Assembly (NCBI RefSeq): GCF_003918875.1 | Contig: NW_025766002.1 | Span: 9,362,001-9,426,000 of the forward strand | Length of the DNA stretch: 64,000 bases | Origin: Haliotis rubra | Taxonomy: Eukaryota | Direction: 5' to 3' | Shown: one piece after another, positions 23,690 through 36,846 of the stretch | How the letters are laid out: each line of letters starts with the position of its first letter | Position numbering within the stretch: the first letter of the stretch is position 1 | The notes under the pieces: model-generated | Databases searched by the model: none | What the model was told of the DNA's origin: nothing | The model's input: only the letters and a program-made list of their open reading frames with translations | Made by a program: the position numbers and the translations under genes

Positions 23690-26263
23690 GAGGTCCAGTA
23701 TTTGACATTTATTCAACAATGTTATAGTGAGAATACACTGTGTATTGATTGCGTGTATTGCTCCATTCACTGAGGTAGAGGAAACAGCTGATCAACAGAT
23801 GTCATTTACACAGCGTATGAGTGACATCCGCAATATACAACACATAAATAGTCAATGACACTTTGTACAAGCTATTATATATATAGAATATGAACATGCT
23901 TTTACAACAAAATGTACACATACAGGATGTCATATGAAGTGATAGTTGTGATTTCTTAAAACTTGTAACAAATGAAATTTAGCAAACCGTAACACTCATA
24001 CCGTTAACACCTTGATAATACAGACTTACGTCATTTGACCAGCTCAGTTATTTGTCTTTCTTTTATCGTTTTTATGAACAATGCCCAAGACACACAGGAT
24101 AAAATTGTGACAATACTCAAGATAAAGTTGCCCAGAAACTCAAAAAGTAAAATTGCCAAGATATACAAGATAAATCTGGCAACATACACACAGGAAAATT
24201 GCTAGAAATGCAAGATAAACTTGGCAAGATACACACGGTAAAAATTATTACATAAAATTTTATGTTAAGTTAACTTCATGTGAGTTATCTTTTTTACAAA
24301 TCCTCATAAAATTTTAAAGCAAAAATGAAAACAGGAATTCACCAATAAACCTTCATTCAATCAAACAGCAATTATTTTCTGCTTCACAACATTTAGAGCA
24401 GCTTCTTGTAAATAAAAGCAGGGAAAAATGTTCTGGCCTCTTAATATTATTGGCATTAACAAAAGTAGCTTCACATGAAATTGAAAAAAAAAAAGGTCTT
24501 ATTTTTACTTGACCCTGTGTAAATAATTTGTGAAGCCTTTTAGCACTCATTCAGATCATCAAAGCAGCACAAGATCATGTTTTGGAACATGAAGTGATAC
24601 CACTATCAGTATAGAATAACAACTTACTTTTGTGATTTATCATTTTCTGATTCAAAAAATACCTACATGTATCATCAGTTCTTCTATACAATTTATCACA
24701 CTGACGTGATAAATTCGGTTCAACTCACTGAAACACCAAAGGTATTCCTTCCATAACAACACAGTTTGCAGGTAAGGGCTTTGTTTCGTGAGTTCCCAAT
24801 ACAATCACAAATGGATATCAAGACACTAATCGTTTCAAGTAACACTTGCACTATCAGTGTTTTGTTTCTGAATTCATATTTTTGTATGAATATTCTGATG
24901 AGGAAATGTGTCTTCTTTCAGATATTTTATACGACCACCTGTTAAAACCCACTCTTCTTCTTTTCTGATGAGACAATTGTGAAACATACTTTAATGTGTT
25001 TTTAATAATCCAAATACATGTACTGGTAATCTTTATTTTATGAAAAAATAAAATCCTTATTTATTGTAACTGGCCTTAAGCCAACATTGATCAATATTTT
25101 TATTCACATTTTATGTCCTCCATCTTGGTACATGTATCTGTAAAACAAGAAACTAAATTAATCAGTCTTAACTGTTTATTGGCCCATAATAAAAATGAAA
25201 TGAGCATCTTTCTACCACAGGTTTACATCTCCCATAACAAATAATGATAAAAACACTAACATTATCTATGTGATAGATAACAAAAAAAGCATGCTCATGC
25301 TTAAAAATAAAATTAAAAAAATGGTAAATTTGCTTATTGCAACTTCAGCATTGCTCATAGCTGTGAGAAAATATGTAAAAATGTGTGAATACTTTCACGT
25401 CTAGAAATAGACAAGTCAGATGAACTTTCTAATGGAAATTCCCAGTCCTTGGAACAAGGTATTGCACCTCCCCTTAAAGCTCTTATATATGGGATTAAAT
25501 GCCATTAAATGAAAATAGTTTAACCCCTCGTTCTTCACCAACACTGATATCTCGACTATACGACATCTACTGCCTGTGTGTAAATGCAATATCACAAGTA
25601 CTTGCTTGCTTCAAAGTATAAATCTCGATTTTTAGATGTAAAATGGAGTTCACACTGATCCACTAATGGGGCAATAATACCTAGTGCCAAAGGCATACAG
25701 ATAGTGAATGAAATTTATATCATTGACTTATCAATATTTGTCAGATGCCTAAACATTTCTGTTGGGTCCTTTTCACATAAAACAAAGAATTTAGATCATA
25801 AGATCAACTTCTCCCTTTATCTTTATGAGTACACTATGATGCATACTTTATCAATAATAAATCTTATCTTTTTAAACCAAATCATTACATCACAAATTTA
25901 ATAATCAATTCACTCTTAAAAACATGACATATTCATAATATTCAACATCATTGTTAAAGCCTCAGTAAAATATTTATCCCCCAGAATGATAAACATACAC
26001 TATCACAAAATCTGGATATCTATGAACACATCGGCAATGTTAGGTAAGACGTCTTCCTGATAGACATAACATTTAATAGCAACAACAAACCCACCCAGCT
26101 ACAAGCAACCAGTCTCATAGCACTTGTCAACACAAACTGACACTAAATTAATTTGTAAACTCCATCATGTCAGGCCACTCTCAGCCAATGAGATGCTCTG
26201 ATTTAATTATATCTGTCGTCGAGGAGTATTTAACTCTTCCTCCAGGTCCTGTAACACTTGTTC
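23690..26263 (-). other. candidate terminal exon with long 3' UTR
   Basis: Acceptor cttggttcag|G at 26263; AATAAA on minus at 23708-23713 followed by GU-rich sequence; SINE-free AT-rich stretch. Confidence 0.4.
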
Positions 26264-26949
26264 CTGAACCAAGTGAGGTAATAAGTTACATAAATATTTA
26301 CTTTCTAAGATTACCCAGCATCCTCATTTGACAGGCATAATTGTGTTTAGACGATAAAGGCACCAGTTGTCGGTGTCGGAGTTGAAGCAACTGTGATGAT
26401 TGGCCGAGGGCAGATCCCAAAGGAGTCTCCCCACACAAGAACAATCTATGTTCTTTATCTTTGGTTTCAGTGCAGTTTAAATCAACGGGGGACCAGGTAC
26501 AAACTTGATGTACACACATGATATGTATCAAACTTCAATTATTGCAGCCATCAGTTCTCAGAAAACATTTTACAAAACCAATTATCTAGATTACTTGGAC
26601 AGTGGCGATAAGATTCTTCTTTTAGATCAACCCTAATAGATGCTGCTGATCTGATGTTTTGGGTTTTGATAAGTAAATGAGTTTTTAATGAATTGCCATA
26701 GTTTTCACCAATGTGAGTCAACATTCAGGTATTTACACTGAAATAAGAATAATGAAGAACATTAGAAAATTAGGACATTGGTTGTAGTCACTTCTTTTCT
26801 TAAAACATAAAACGTTTTTCAGTATTATTTTCCAAAATACTTTTTTTAAAAATTGAACGGAAATGTCGAACTGCAACTGCAAATCATTCTGAGGCATAAC
26901 TTACCCAATAATTGATACACTAGCTGTGTAGTTATGAATTACACACCAG

Positions 26950-27383
26950 GTGGGGTGACTATTGAGGGGCAAACAACTATTACTAGCGATAATCTATTGT
27001 GATAAACTATTGCAATACTATTCCAATAGGCTTTTTCTTCTTGACTTGTCTCATTTGAAGTCACTTCCCAAATAAAGGTATAGTATATATGGAAAAAACA
27101 AGTTGAAGTAGTTTCAGCCTCTTTAATAGCTGACAAGAAACTTGAAACCCAGATCAAGTAAACGGTTAACTTGAGTTAACATAAACTCAATAAGCTACAA
27201 GTCTGCATCCAAACATCCCTTATTTTGCGCCATGCATTTATCAACGGAAGTCACTTACTAAACTATCGATAGTCACACATACTATCAATGCATCGATAGT
27301 TTTTCGTTTCTACAATCGATTAATTGCTATCGGAGACTCAACAGTTGAATGCATCGATAGTTCGATGCATTGTTCCAGCCGTA
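26950..27383 (-). mobile_element. hAT-type MITE (second copy of 4371-4877)
   Basis: Reverse-complement homology at both ends (ggggtgactattgagg; actatcgatagtcacacatactatc; cagccgta). Confidence 0.8.
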
Positions 27384-27424
27384 ACCAGTAGTGATGTCAT
27401 CCTGTTGTTCTTAAGGTTTCTCCA

Positions 27425-27587
27425 GGGCTGGGGTAGCTTAGTGGGTAGAGCGCTTCGCTTGTCACGCCAAAGACCAGGGTTTGTTTCCCCACATGGGTAC
27501 AATGTGCGAAGCCCACTTCTGGTGTCACCTGCCATGATATTGCTGGAATATTGCTAAAAGTGGCGTTAAACTAAACTCACTCACTGA
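27425..27587 (+). mobile_element. SINE family 1
   Basis: TSD cttaaggtttct. Confidence 0.88.
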
Positions 27588-27789
27588 CTTAAGGTTTCTT
27601 CAAATAGTCAAAGCCTGCAAACTAGCTGGTAACCACACCAGGGAATTCCGAGAGATCTAGGTTACTTAATGCATACCACTATATATTTCCATTGTACCCA
27701 ATCTTTCGATTACCTGTATTTTCATTTTGAGTTTGAAATATTCATATTCCCAAACATAACAGGAACAAATCTATGTACAAAGAACAAGA

Positions 27790-28030
27790 CAAAACAGACA
27801 AAACAAGGTATCCATAGCAACACCTGTAAGACATGGTAGTATCTATAATAATAACTGACAAGACTTTGGTATCCATTGTGATAACTGACAAAACATGGTA
27901 TCCATGACAATAACTGACAAGACATGGTATCCATGACAAAACTGACAAGACAAGGTTTCCATGATGATAACTGACAAGACATGGTATCCATGATGATAAA
28001 CTGACAAGGCGTGGAAACCATGGTGATAAC
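27790..28030. repeat. minisatellite of about 27-29 bp (taactgacaagacatggtatccatga)
   Basis: Tandem periodicity. Confidence 0.85.
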
Positions 28031-28133
28031 TTTTTGCAAAATAGCATACAATCTAGAACAATCACAGATAATTTCTCTCACAACCATCTCTCCTCTCTGA
28101 AAGCTTGGGTATCCTGATTGTCATACTGCTTAC

Positions 28134-28196
28134 AGATTGCTACTGTCATACAAGGTTGCACAGGTGGCCCCAGTCATCCGAGGTGCCACAACATCA
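28134..28196 (-). other. candidate 63-nt exon
   Basis: ctctgtacag|...|gtaagc; phase 2-2 open frame DVVAPRMTGATCATLYDSSN. Confidence 0.3.
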
Positions 28197-28332
28197 CTGT
28201 ACAGAGTTACTTCCCTTTAGAGAACCAGAGCCTTTCAAATCTTATATGTTCAAATCTTGGGACTTAAAACACAAAAGGTTTTAAAAACAATGGCATGAAA
28301 ATGGATAGAAACAACATCTTAATCAGCTGTGG

Positions 28333-28762
28333 AAGCAGAAACAACGCGATAACACTGGCACCAGGAATGGCACCAATTCATAACATCCATGTAATCGGCC
28401 GAAGAACAAAACCATAATGACACTGGCCAGGAATGGTACCAATTCATAACATCCATGTCATCAGTCGAAGAAGCAGAAACCATAATGACACTGGCACCAG
28501 GAATGGCACCAATTCATAACATCCACGTCATCAGCCGAGGAAGCAGAAACCATAATGACACTGGCGCCAGGAATGGCACCATTTCATAACATCCACATCA
28601 TCAGCTGAGGAAGCAGAAACCATGATGACACTGGCGCCAGGAATGGCACCATTTCATAACATCCACATCATCAGCTGAGGAAGCAGAAACCATGATGACA
28701 CTGGCGCCAGGAATGGCACCATTTCATAACATCCACGCATCTTCTGAGAAAGCAGAAACCAC
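28333..28762. repeat. 70-bp minisatellite, about 6 copies
   Basis: agcagaaacc recurs at 28472, 28542, 28612, 28682. Confidence 0.93.
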
Positions 28763-29231
28763 ATGCCATGATGGCCTGAACCTCTTTTGAACAATATACA
28801 ATAATCATGAATCCTAGCAGATGATGATCACCTAGGTAACAGAGAGGCCATGTTGCAGTTTCACTCAAAACACTGAACACATCATCTTGACCTATACTGA
28901 AACTTGACACTAGATCATGACTGACAGTGCCTCTTTAAGAGAACCCTGTATGACTTGTCTAGCTGTCCTAAGTGACTTTACGCTAACAGATCACTTCATA
29001 GAATGGAATTCAACTTTGGTATCAGGTAGATCCACAGGCACAGCAGCTGAATGGAAACTCAACAACAACTTGATGAAATCTGTGTCATTACCACACATCT
29101 TCACCATATTTCAAAATATATGTTAGACTCAGATCAAAAGTAACATCCATGACAGATTCTCAGATATATAGAATACATTTCAATGATAGTATGTCGTAGT
29201 CTTGGAGCATGAGTATCTCTTACAGACACCA

Positions 29232-29513
29232 GACCCGATTTCTCGAAACAAACTTTTTAAAAAACAAAGTTTTACTCAAATTTCAAACTGAGTTTGACAA
29301 TTTGAAACAGCTGAATTTTTAAACTCAACAGCATTTTTAAAATAAAAAGCCCAAACAACTTAAGTAATCCATCCACCAAACTCAAATTGTCTAGTATGCT
29401 TGAGTTTAATATCAATTTCAGTTCATTCTGCTAAATGCATTTTTTCTATTTGAGTAAAAAAACTCGAACTTAAGTCAAAACTCAGACTTAAGTTTGTTTC
29501 AAGAAATCGGGGC
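29232..29513. mobile_element. PIF/Harbinger-type MITE
   Basis: TIR cccgatttct(c/t)gaaacaaactt; CAG flanks in context gacaccag...caggtt. Confidence 0.75.
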
Positions 29514-30224
29514 CAGGTTATCTTGATAAAAATCATTCATACTCTCATTCTTCATCCCATCCAGTTCCAGCACCCTGTACTCTTCCCATCTCCAGAGACA
29601 TCAGACTTTAGGGTTCCTTACTACATCAGGGTTCTCTAAAGGAATATTTTTATTCAATCTCATAAAAAACTTTATTTCAGGGATCATATATTATTCTAGG
29701 CAAGCCTGTGGTAATAGGATTGTAAATGTCTTGAAGTTATTAGACAATCTGTCATAGAGAACTAGTTCTGAGTCATACACGTCTAGGATACTGTGGATCA
29801 AACAATGAAATTCAAATAAGTTATCTCAATATATTTGGCAGCTAATATGTTTAACTATATTACAATGACAATAACATAACGCACCACTTTCCCCTGTGAC
29901 TTAATCAGTCTGGAATTCAACAACAAGAAAGTCTTTATCACATATACACATCTCCAAACCAATCACAGAGAATCTGGTGTTCACATGATCCCTTCTCACT
30001 AATCATAGCTGATCACATGATCCAAACTGACCAATCACAATACTTCTCCAATCACTTCATGTATTATTGTCCAATCAGAGTCATTTTTCTCATTTCTGCA
30101 GCACAAGGTCATCACATGACTAATGTTGACCAATCATATGTTGGTGTAGCATATCATTATTGCCAAGCAGAGTAACAAGACTGTAGAGTGGAGGTTTGAA
30201 GCTCCACTTTGGTAAAAGGAATAC

Positions 30225-30293
30225 TTGTTGACAGGAGGAAATGTAGTCTGTCGGTGTTTGGGAGGAGTCTCTGCCTCTTGAAGGTAATCAGGC
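30225..30293 (-). other. candidate 69-nt exon
   Basis: atttgttctag|G acceptor; open frame PDYLQEAETPPKHRQTTFPPVN; weak donor AA|gtattc. Confidence 0.35.
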
Positions 30294-30747
30294 CTAGAAC
30301 AAATGTGGACATGGTTGTCAGAATTGAACATTCCATCTCAAATATTTACAAAACAAATTGGTATGTTAGGAATACCAGATCACCCTTAAATTAATGTTTT
30401 GTGTTGATAGCAACTGTGAGAGACTTTTCAACTTTTACCCAAGTCCTCAGCTGAAGTATCTATTTGGTAAACTAACTTGCACTGTTGGAAAAATATTTTG
30501 ACTTTGAAATGCTAAATGTCAGGCTCTGTAGAAATAAGTAATGATTACACAACCATCATCAACTTACCCATCTCCCTCCATTCGGACCCACAGATCATTG
30601 AAAGTTTTTCTGCCACCACTATTTTTCTTTCTTTTCGTTTCCTCTGTGGTCAAAGGGCAAACTTCAAAAGAAGAAAGGAGTTGTAATGAGACTGATGTAC
30701 AAGGAAGACACATGATCCATTTCTATCTGTTGTAAGTAACACAACTC

Positions 30748-31342
30748 AATGTTAACACCTTCCTACCTGTCCCAGTTAACTCTTGTGTACAGCTACCCGT
30801 GAAGATCTGGGGTAGCATAGGTCTTCAGCAACCAATGCTTGCCACCAAAGGCGACTATGCTTGTCGTAAGAGATCGACTAACGGGATCGGGTGATCAGGC
30901 TTGCTGACTTGGTTGACACATGTCATCGGGTTCCCAATTAAGCAGATCGATGCTCATGCTGTTGATCACTGGATTATCTGGTCCAGACTCGATTATTAAC
31001 AGACTGCCACCATATAGCTGGAATATTGCTGAGTCGGCGTGACGCTGGACTCACTCACTCACTTGTGTACATCTGACACCTTCCTACCTGTCCCTGTTAC
31101 TCTTGTGTACATCCGACACCTTCCTACCTGTCCCAGTTAACACCTGTGTACATCTGACACCTTCCTACCTGTCCCAATTAACAGTAAGTTTTGTATACAT
31201 CTGACACCTTCCTACCTGTTCCAGTTAACACCTGTGTAATTCTGACACCTTTCTATCTGTCCTAGTTAACCCCTGTGTACATATGACACCTTCCTACCTG
31301 TCTAATTAACACCTGTGTACACCTGACCCATTCGTACCTGTC
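30748..31342. repeat. 41-bp minisatellite containing 5' splice-site-like GACAG|GTAGGA on minus
   Basis: Unit acaccttcctacctgtcccagttaacacctgtgtacatctg; interrupted by a SINE. Confidence 0.9.
30795..31062 (+). mobile_element. SINE-like family 2, full length
   Basis: Starts ACCCGTGAAGATC; duplicated hairpin module; TSD cttgtgtaca(g/t)ct. Confidence 0.9.
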
Positions 31343-31441
31343 AACATCAAGACTACTCCATAGGGCATCCAGCTGCTTCTGTCGCTGCCTGGCCTTCATC
31401 TGTTTCCGCCTTTGTTTTACGGCCGTTGTTCATGTCTGATC
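31338..31441 (-). other. candidate 104-nt exon
   Basis: tgattcag|G...GACAG|gtacga; purine-rich, GC-richer island. Confidence 0.45.
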
Positions 31442-33327
31442 CTGAATCATACATGTCACACATTGACAATCTCAGAAAACATCTCTACATAGACATAATG
31501 AGAGTACATTAACAAAGGTGATGACAATGAGATACAGATGATGAATGCAAATTCAAATTTATTTTTGAAATCTGAAGAAAGTGAGCATGATAAAGATGAT
31601 ATAAATTAACTTCTACCCCTTTTCAAACTACAAAAACACTTGATCATCTTATAACATTGTGCCAAGAATTCTGCAGCTCACCTCACTCAATCTGTATTTT
31701 CTGAGTGAAAACTAAAACTGTTTCAGCACATGCAGTGGTTGCTTTACCAAACTATTACCCACACAACATACATCAAGCCTGACGAGAGAAAAAATCAATA
31801 AGCAAGTATGATGCAATCAAATCTCTATAGAAAAGAACACAAAAACAAACAGCAGTAGTTAGGTACCAATGCTAATGTTTCAAACAAATTTGGAAATATT
31901 TGAAGTAATTTAATACATACAATGTTCTGACCATTTGAAATTCGCAGTCTCCAAGCATAAGGACTTGGATTTAAATTTGAACAACTCTTATCAAAATTTT
32001 AACCCCTAAAATATATGAATGTTCATGTACATGAAGAAAATTGGAGCTTTTAAGTTAAGGAATACCTATAAGGAAATTAACGCCAAATTTATTCTCGGGA
32101 AAATGTAAAATGTTTACAGACAACAACAAACCTTGATGACACACCGTGGCAAAATCTCATGTGTTCCTTAGGAGCAGATGAGCTGGTAAAACATTCCTCC
32201 ACCAAACTGTGATGATTAGTAGCTAGTCATTTAATCTGATTAAGTCTCTACCAAGCTTTTAATGCCCCAAGAACATGCAATGCAAATGATGAAATGAAGA
32301 TCAGAAAAAGCCTTGTAAAGGAAGCCTTGACAAACCAAAACCTGGAAACTGCCGAGAGTGTAGTCTGCATGCAAAGCATTATGAAACCAATACATCATCA
32401 AACTTAATTTCCTTAAAGTTAATAAAACAAAGAAAAAACCATGTGTCATCCACCAGTATGCATGCAGATTGTTACTTGATCCAAACTAAGTCTTAATTTC
32501 TAGAAATATCTGCAAAGAGACATATTAAAAGCTTCAAAACCAAACAATTTCTTGAGCTAAAAAAATAACAAATCAGATCTATCATGGTCTTGTTGTTAAT
32601 CATTCGTTGCTTTAAACCACAATTCCTATAAAACAATGAACACATTAAGAAAATGCAAAACTCTTTCCTTTTAATTTTGATAAGAGGTCAAGGTGAGATT
32701 TAGGAAAGGTCAAGGTCCTTTAGGGAACGGTTGGCCCAGTTATACAAACAAATGCAGTTCACCTAAATTAGGTCCTCCGATCCTCAAGGTGAGGCTTCCT
32801 GTACTCACAGGTTCAGGAATTAAAAAATTTGAAAGATTTAATGGCAACTTTGCATGGTTGTATGAGATATCTTCATCTAATGCTAGCTTGATTTAGTTCA
32901 TGTGTAAATGTCAAAACGTAAATGACAATTTGACTAACCATGAGTCATAGCTCAATAGACTGAGACAATAAATTTATCCAGGATTCTACAGTAAATGAAC
33001 TTGGGAAGAAATTTGGGTAAAAATATGAATTTCCTCAAATGTGTCCATGAAATGCAAGTGACCTCTCCAAAAATGAAACATAAGTTACTATTATATAACA
33101 TGAAGTTGGAAATTTGCAAGTCCAATTTTGGAATTAGAAAGGACATTTGCTGCAGGAGTGTGGCCAAAATGAAATTGGTCTCTGTGCCGGTCTGGGAGAG
33201 TCCTTGACCTTGTATGAAAATGGCAGTGGACAGTGTGTTGAAAATCTTATAGGAATTGTGGTATCACTTCCGCTAAAAACTTCACAGGTAAAATCTGCCA
33301 TGCTACTTCTAGTTCCAAAGGATATAC

Positions 33328-33458
33328 CTTTTCTTGAAAAGATACTGGATATCTCCATAGAGCACATCCGAGGGAGGGGAACTTCGGAGGTCACGCCAGC
33401 CAAAAAAAAGTTTCTCCGAGGTTTATTGGATTTCTTAGAATTATGTGACTCAGGCAAT
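33328..33458 (-). other. candidate exon (could extend to the stop at 33134)
   Basis: Acceptor ctatttctag|A; open frame LPESHNSKKSNKPRR... in phase with exon 36757-36846; donor AAG|gtatat. Confidence 0.4.
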
Positions 33459-33477
33459 CTAGAAATAGACACAGGCG

Positions 33478-33620
33478 TGTGTGAGTGAGAAGATTTTACA
33501 CCACTTTTAGCAATATTCCAGCCATTTCATGATGAAGGGGACTAAGAATGAACTTCATTGTACTCAGGGAATCAAACCCAGGTGGTACTGAGCCGACACT
33601 GTAACAACTTGGCTACCCTT
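33478..33620 (-). mobile_element. SINE family 1, degenerate
   Basis: ttttagcaatattccagc and acttggctaccc. Confidence 0.65.
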
Positions 33621-33867
33621 GTGCTCACATCCAGCTAAAATGTCTTACTTAATGTATTATGTTGTTTCTTTTCGAAGATAATACCAAGAATATTAACTAT
33701 GCATAAATACAGACACACCTTTATTGTCTTTGAATGAGAAATGAATTATAACTGGTCGATAACATTTTCAGTAAAATGTAATAATGATATATGGAAGAGT
33801 ATGAGTGCCACATTCTAAAATATTTTCCACATGTATATAGATGATACATTCATCTCCACATATATTT

Positions 33868-34040
33868 ATTATTATTATATGATATTTATATAGCGCACAT
33901 ATCCAGGCAACTAGTGCTTTCTCAAGGCTGGTATATTTTCCCTCGATCATTGGATGTCAATCTCAACGGCACATCGTGTTATCAATCTCAACTCGCTGGG
34001 GAGTATGCAACTCTTGCAGCCACTAAAGCACCCGAAAGTT
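33868..34040 (-). mobile_element. remnant of a different SINE with an L2-type tail
   Basis: Minus strand GTTGCATACTCCCCAGCGAGTTGAGA ... GGATATGTGCGCTATATAAATA and (ATA)n. Confidence 0.5.
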
Positions 34041-34304
34041 ATTGTGGCTTTCTAATGATATTATAATCATGTGTGTCATTACTCAGATAGTAATATTGTG
34101 TTCTGAAGTCTGAATATACGGCCCTTACTGGATGTAGTTTATAATATATAAACATATACACATAGTTTTGTTACATGAATTCATTTCTTTTTAAGTGATA
34201 CATTGAAAAGATTTCAATTGTTAAAATATAGAAAAAGCCAAATGAAAATAAACCTATCTACATGCTGTCAAACATTTGAATATATTGTATGTACAGTCTC
34301 ATTT

Positions 34305-34478
34305 ACATAGATAAAAGTATCTTGTACATAGATGAAAGTATCTTGTACAAGAGTACTTACGAAAGTATCTTGTACAAGAGTACGAAAGTATCTTGTACAT
34401 AGATGAAAGTATCTTGTACATAGATGAAAGTATCTTGTACATAGATGAAAGTAACTTGTACGTGATATGAAAGTATCA
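34305..34478. repeat. 21-bp minisatellite atagatgaaagtatcttgtac
   Basis: Tandem periodicity. Confidence 0.88.
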
Positions 34479-34723
34479 TCTATGTTGATGTTAGTATCAT
34501 CTCTGTCGATGTTAAGAATATTTCTGACCATGGCACATATAAGTTTCCATAATGGTGTCATAATGTAACAGTGAAGAAACATTACCGGTATCTATCAATA
34601 CAAAATGTTTAAATTTCCATATTTGTTAACTCTTTCTTGGTAGATGTATCAAGTTTCACATCTATTTATTTTCCATGAAAAAAAAAATTACAACTTTTAT
34701 TGGTGACTGACAGTGATTAGGAA

Positions 34724-34757
<34 letters not shown>

Positions 34758-34766
34758 CGATGACGA
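34724..34766. repeat. (GAT)n microsatellite
   Basis: Direct. Confidence 0.95.
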
Positions 34767-36019
34767 ATTTTACTGAATTTTATGATCATTCATTAGATAA
34801 TCAGTATGTTTAATACAGAAGATAATATTACACAGGAGTACAAAAACTCTGAGCAAAGAAAAGTCTGTATGTATACTACTCAAAATATGTTAAAGATCAC
34901 CCACCACTGGAAGACTTGCATTATCCACCAGTGATCAGGTTTTCTTTAACTTCCAGTGAGTACTATATTTTTAGCCTTGGTACACACAAACTGGCAGTTG
35001 GAAATTTCTTTTAATCAATTTTGTTCTATCATGAGTAAAACTGGTTCCTATGTGTTTACACCAGTGATGCAAAACATTTGATAATCAAATCATTTCCGCT
35101 AAATGTCAATCAATCAACATCTTAACTATTTCATAAACATTTAGCAAATCTTACATATTATATAATACAATGCATCAGATCACACCGCCTTCACTACCAT
35201 AAATGTCATTTAGAACGATTTGCAATAAATTGATGTTAAAAAATATCTGTTTAATGGGACAAATATGACATTTATTACTTAACAATACCCCTATTTAATA
35301 CAATTTCAAAAAAGTAATATCTCCCTAAACACTTATTTCAGGTTTTATTTCCATACACTCAATAGTCCCTTAAAGTGATAAACATAAATTTACACTTTAA
35401 TGGCACTATTTATCAAATGTTCAACGACATGTTCATGACACCATTCCAGATACCAAGGAAAGCTGCAAGACTTTACCGCTTTTACCAATGGTTGAAAACC
35501 CATAAAACTATAAGTCATATCAAAGGCATTCAATCCGGGATGCTTGTAAAATATGTCAAATAACTCACTCACTTGATAAATGCTGATAAACAATAGATAA
35601 ATAAACATGTGGTTCTTCTTTCAAAGCGATGGAGGCAGGCAAACAGTATGGTCTTTTAGTCTTCATATTTAAAAAATTCTTCCAGACATATTTCAATTTT
35701 ATTTCCATCTTTCAGAGATTTCTTAACTCAGTGTGTCACTTCAAAGCTTCTCTTATCTGAGGGTTAAACATTTTATGTAGAAGACACCTTACTTGGAATG
35801 TATAGAACTTTTTTAAAATAAGTCTGTTGTTTTCTTTCAAGTCCATCACTTGATTGTCTGGTTTATTTACATGCCACTGTCACATGACAGGAGTACTACT
35901 AGGTGGCGCCAGTGTCAGATTTGGTTGCTATGGCTACCCTTTTTGACACCTGGTGTCATCACTGATTTTCAGTGATATTTCTTCACGCCTGTTTTGCCTT
36001 AATATCGCTCATTGCATAC

Positions 36020-36562
36020 TTTAACTATAGCCAATCCTGATAGAAGATCATAGCTAATGTTTCCTTTAACTATCTGGATAGAAGATCATAGCAAACTTTG
36101 GTTGAACTATGGCCAAACTGGATAGAGGATCACAGCTAACTTTTCCTTTAACTATGGTCGATCCTGATAGAAGATAACAGCAAACTTTCCTTTTTACTGT
36201 GGCCGATCCTGATAGAAGATAATGGCTAACCTTTCTTTTAACTGTGGCCGATCTCAATGGAAGATCATAGCTAACTTTTCTTTTTACTGTGGCTGATCCT
36301 GATAGAAGATCATAACTAACCTTTCTTTTACTATGGCTGATCCTGATAGAAGATCATAGCTAACCTTTCTTTTAACTATGGCTGATCCTGATAGAAGATC
36401 ATAACTAACCTTTCTTTTAGCTATGGCTGATCTGGATAGAAGATCATAGCTAAGTTTTCCTTTAACTATGGCTGATCTGGATAGAAGATCATAGCTAAGT
36501 TTTCCTTTAACTATGGCTGATCTGGATAGAAGATCATAGCTAAGTTTTTCCTTTAACTATAG
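36020..36562. repeat. 45-bp minisatellite, about 12 copies
   Basis: Unit tttaactatggctgatcctgatagaagatcatagctaacctttct; period 45 at 36371/36416/36461/36506. Confidence 0.93.
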
Positions 36563-36756
36563 CGACACTGCTTGCTGGAACAACGTGGTTGGTCATAGCT
36601 CAACTCGCAAGAATAATGGTTTGTAATCAGCCATGAGTTGATACACAAAAAATGTCATGGTTGATTTCTTGGCCAATGAGTGGACCAACTGGGAACTGTA
36701 GAGACAGCTACCCTCGAGGAAGAACTTACACTTCGATGGAAGTAGAAAATACTTAC

Positions 36757-36846
36757 ACTGGTATTTCTTCATCCGAGGCAGTGTATGCTACATTAAACCC
36801 CGCTCTTGTAAATGGTTGATTATGGTATTGTTGCCAAGAAAATGCC
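36757..36846 (-). other. candidate 90-nt exon
   Basis: ttttgcattccag|G...GT|gtaagt; the only open frame is AFSWQQYHNQPFTRAGFNVAYTASDEEIP. Confidence 0.5.

Noticed and set aside
24965-25005. Hammerhead ribozyme core CTGATGAG...GAAAC
   Set aside because: Stem II lacks the closing C and no stem I partner exists; single copy
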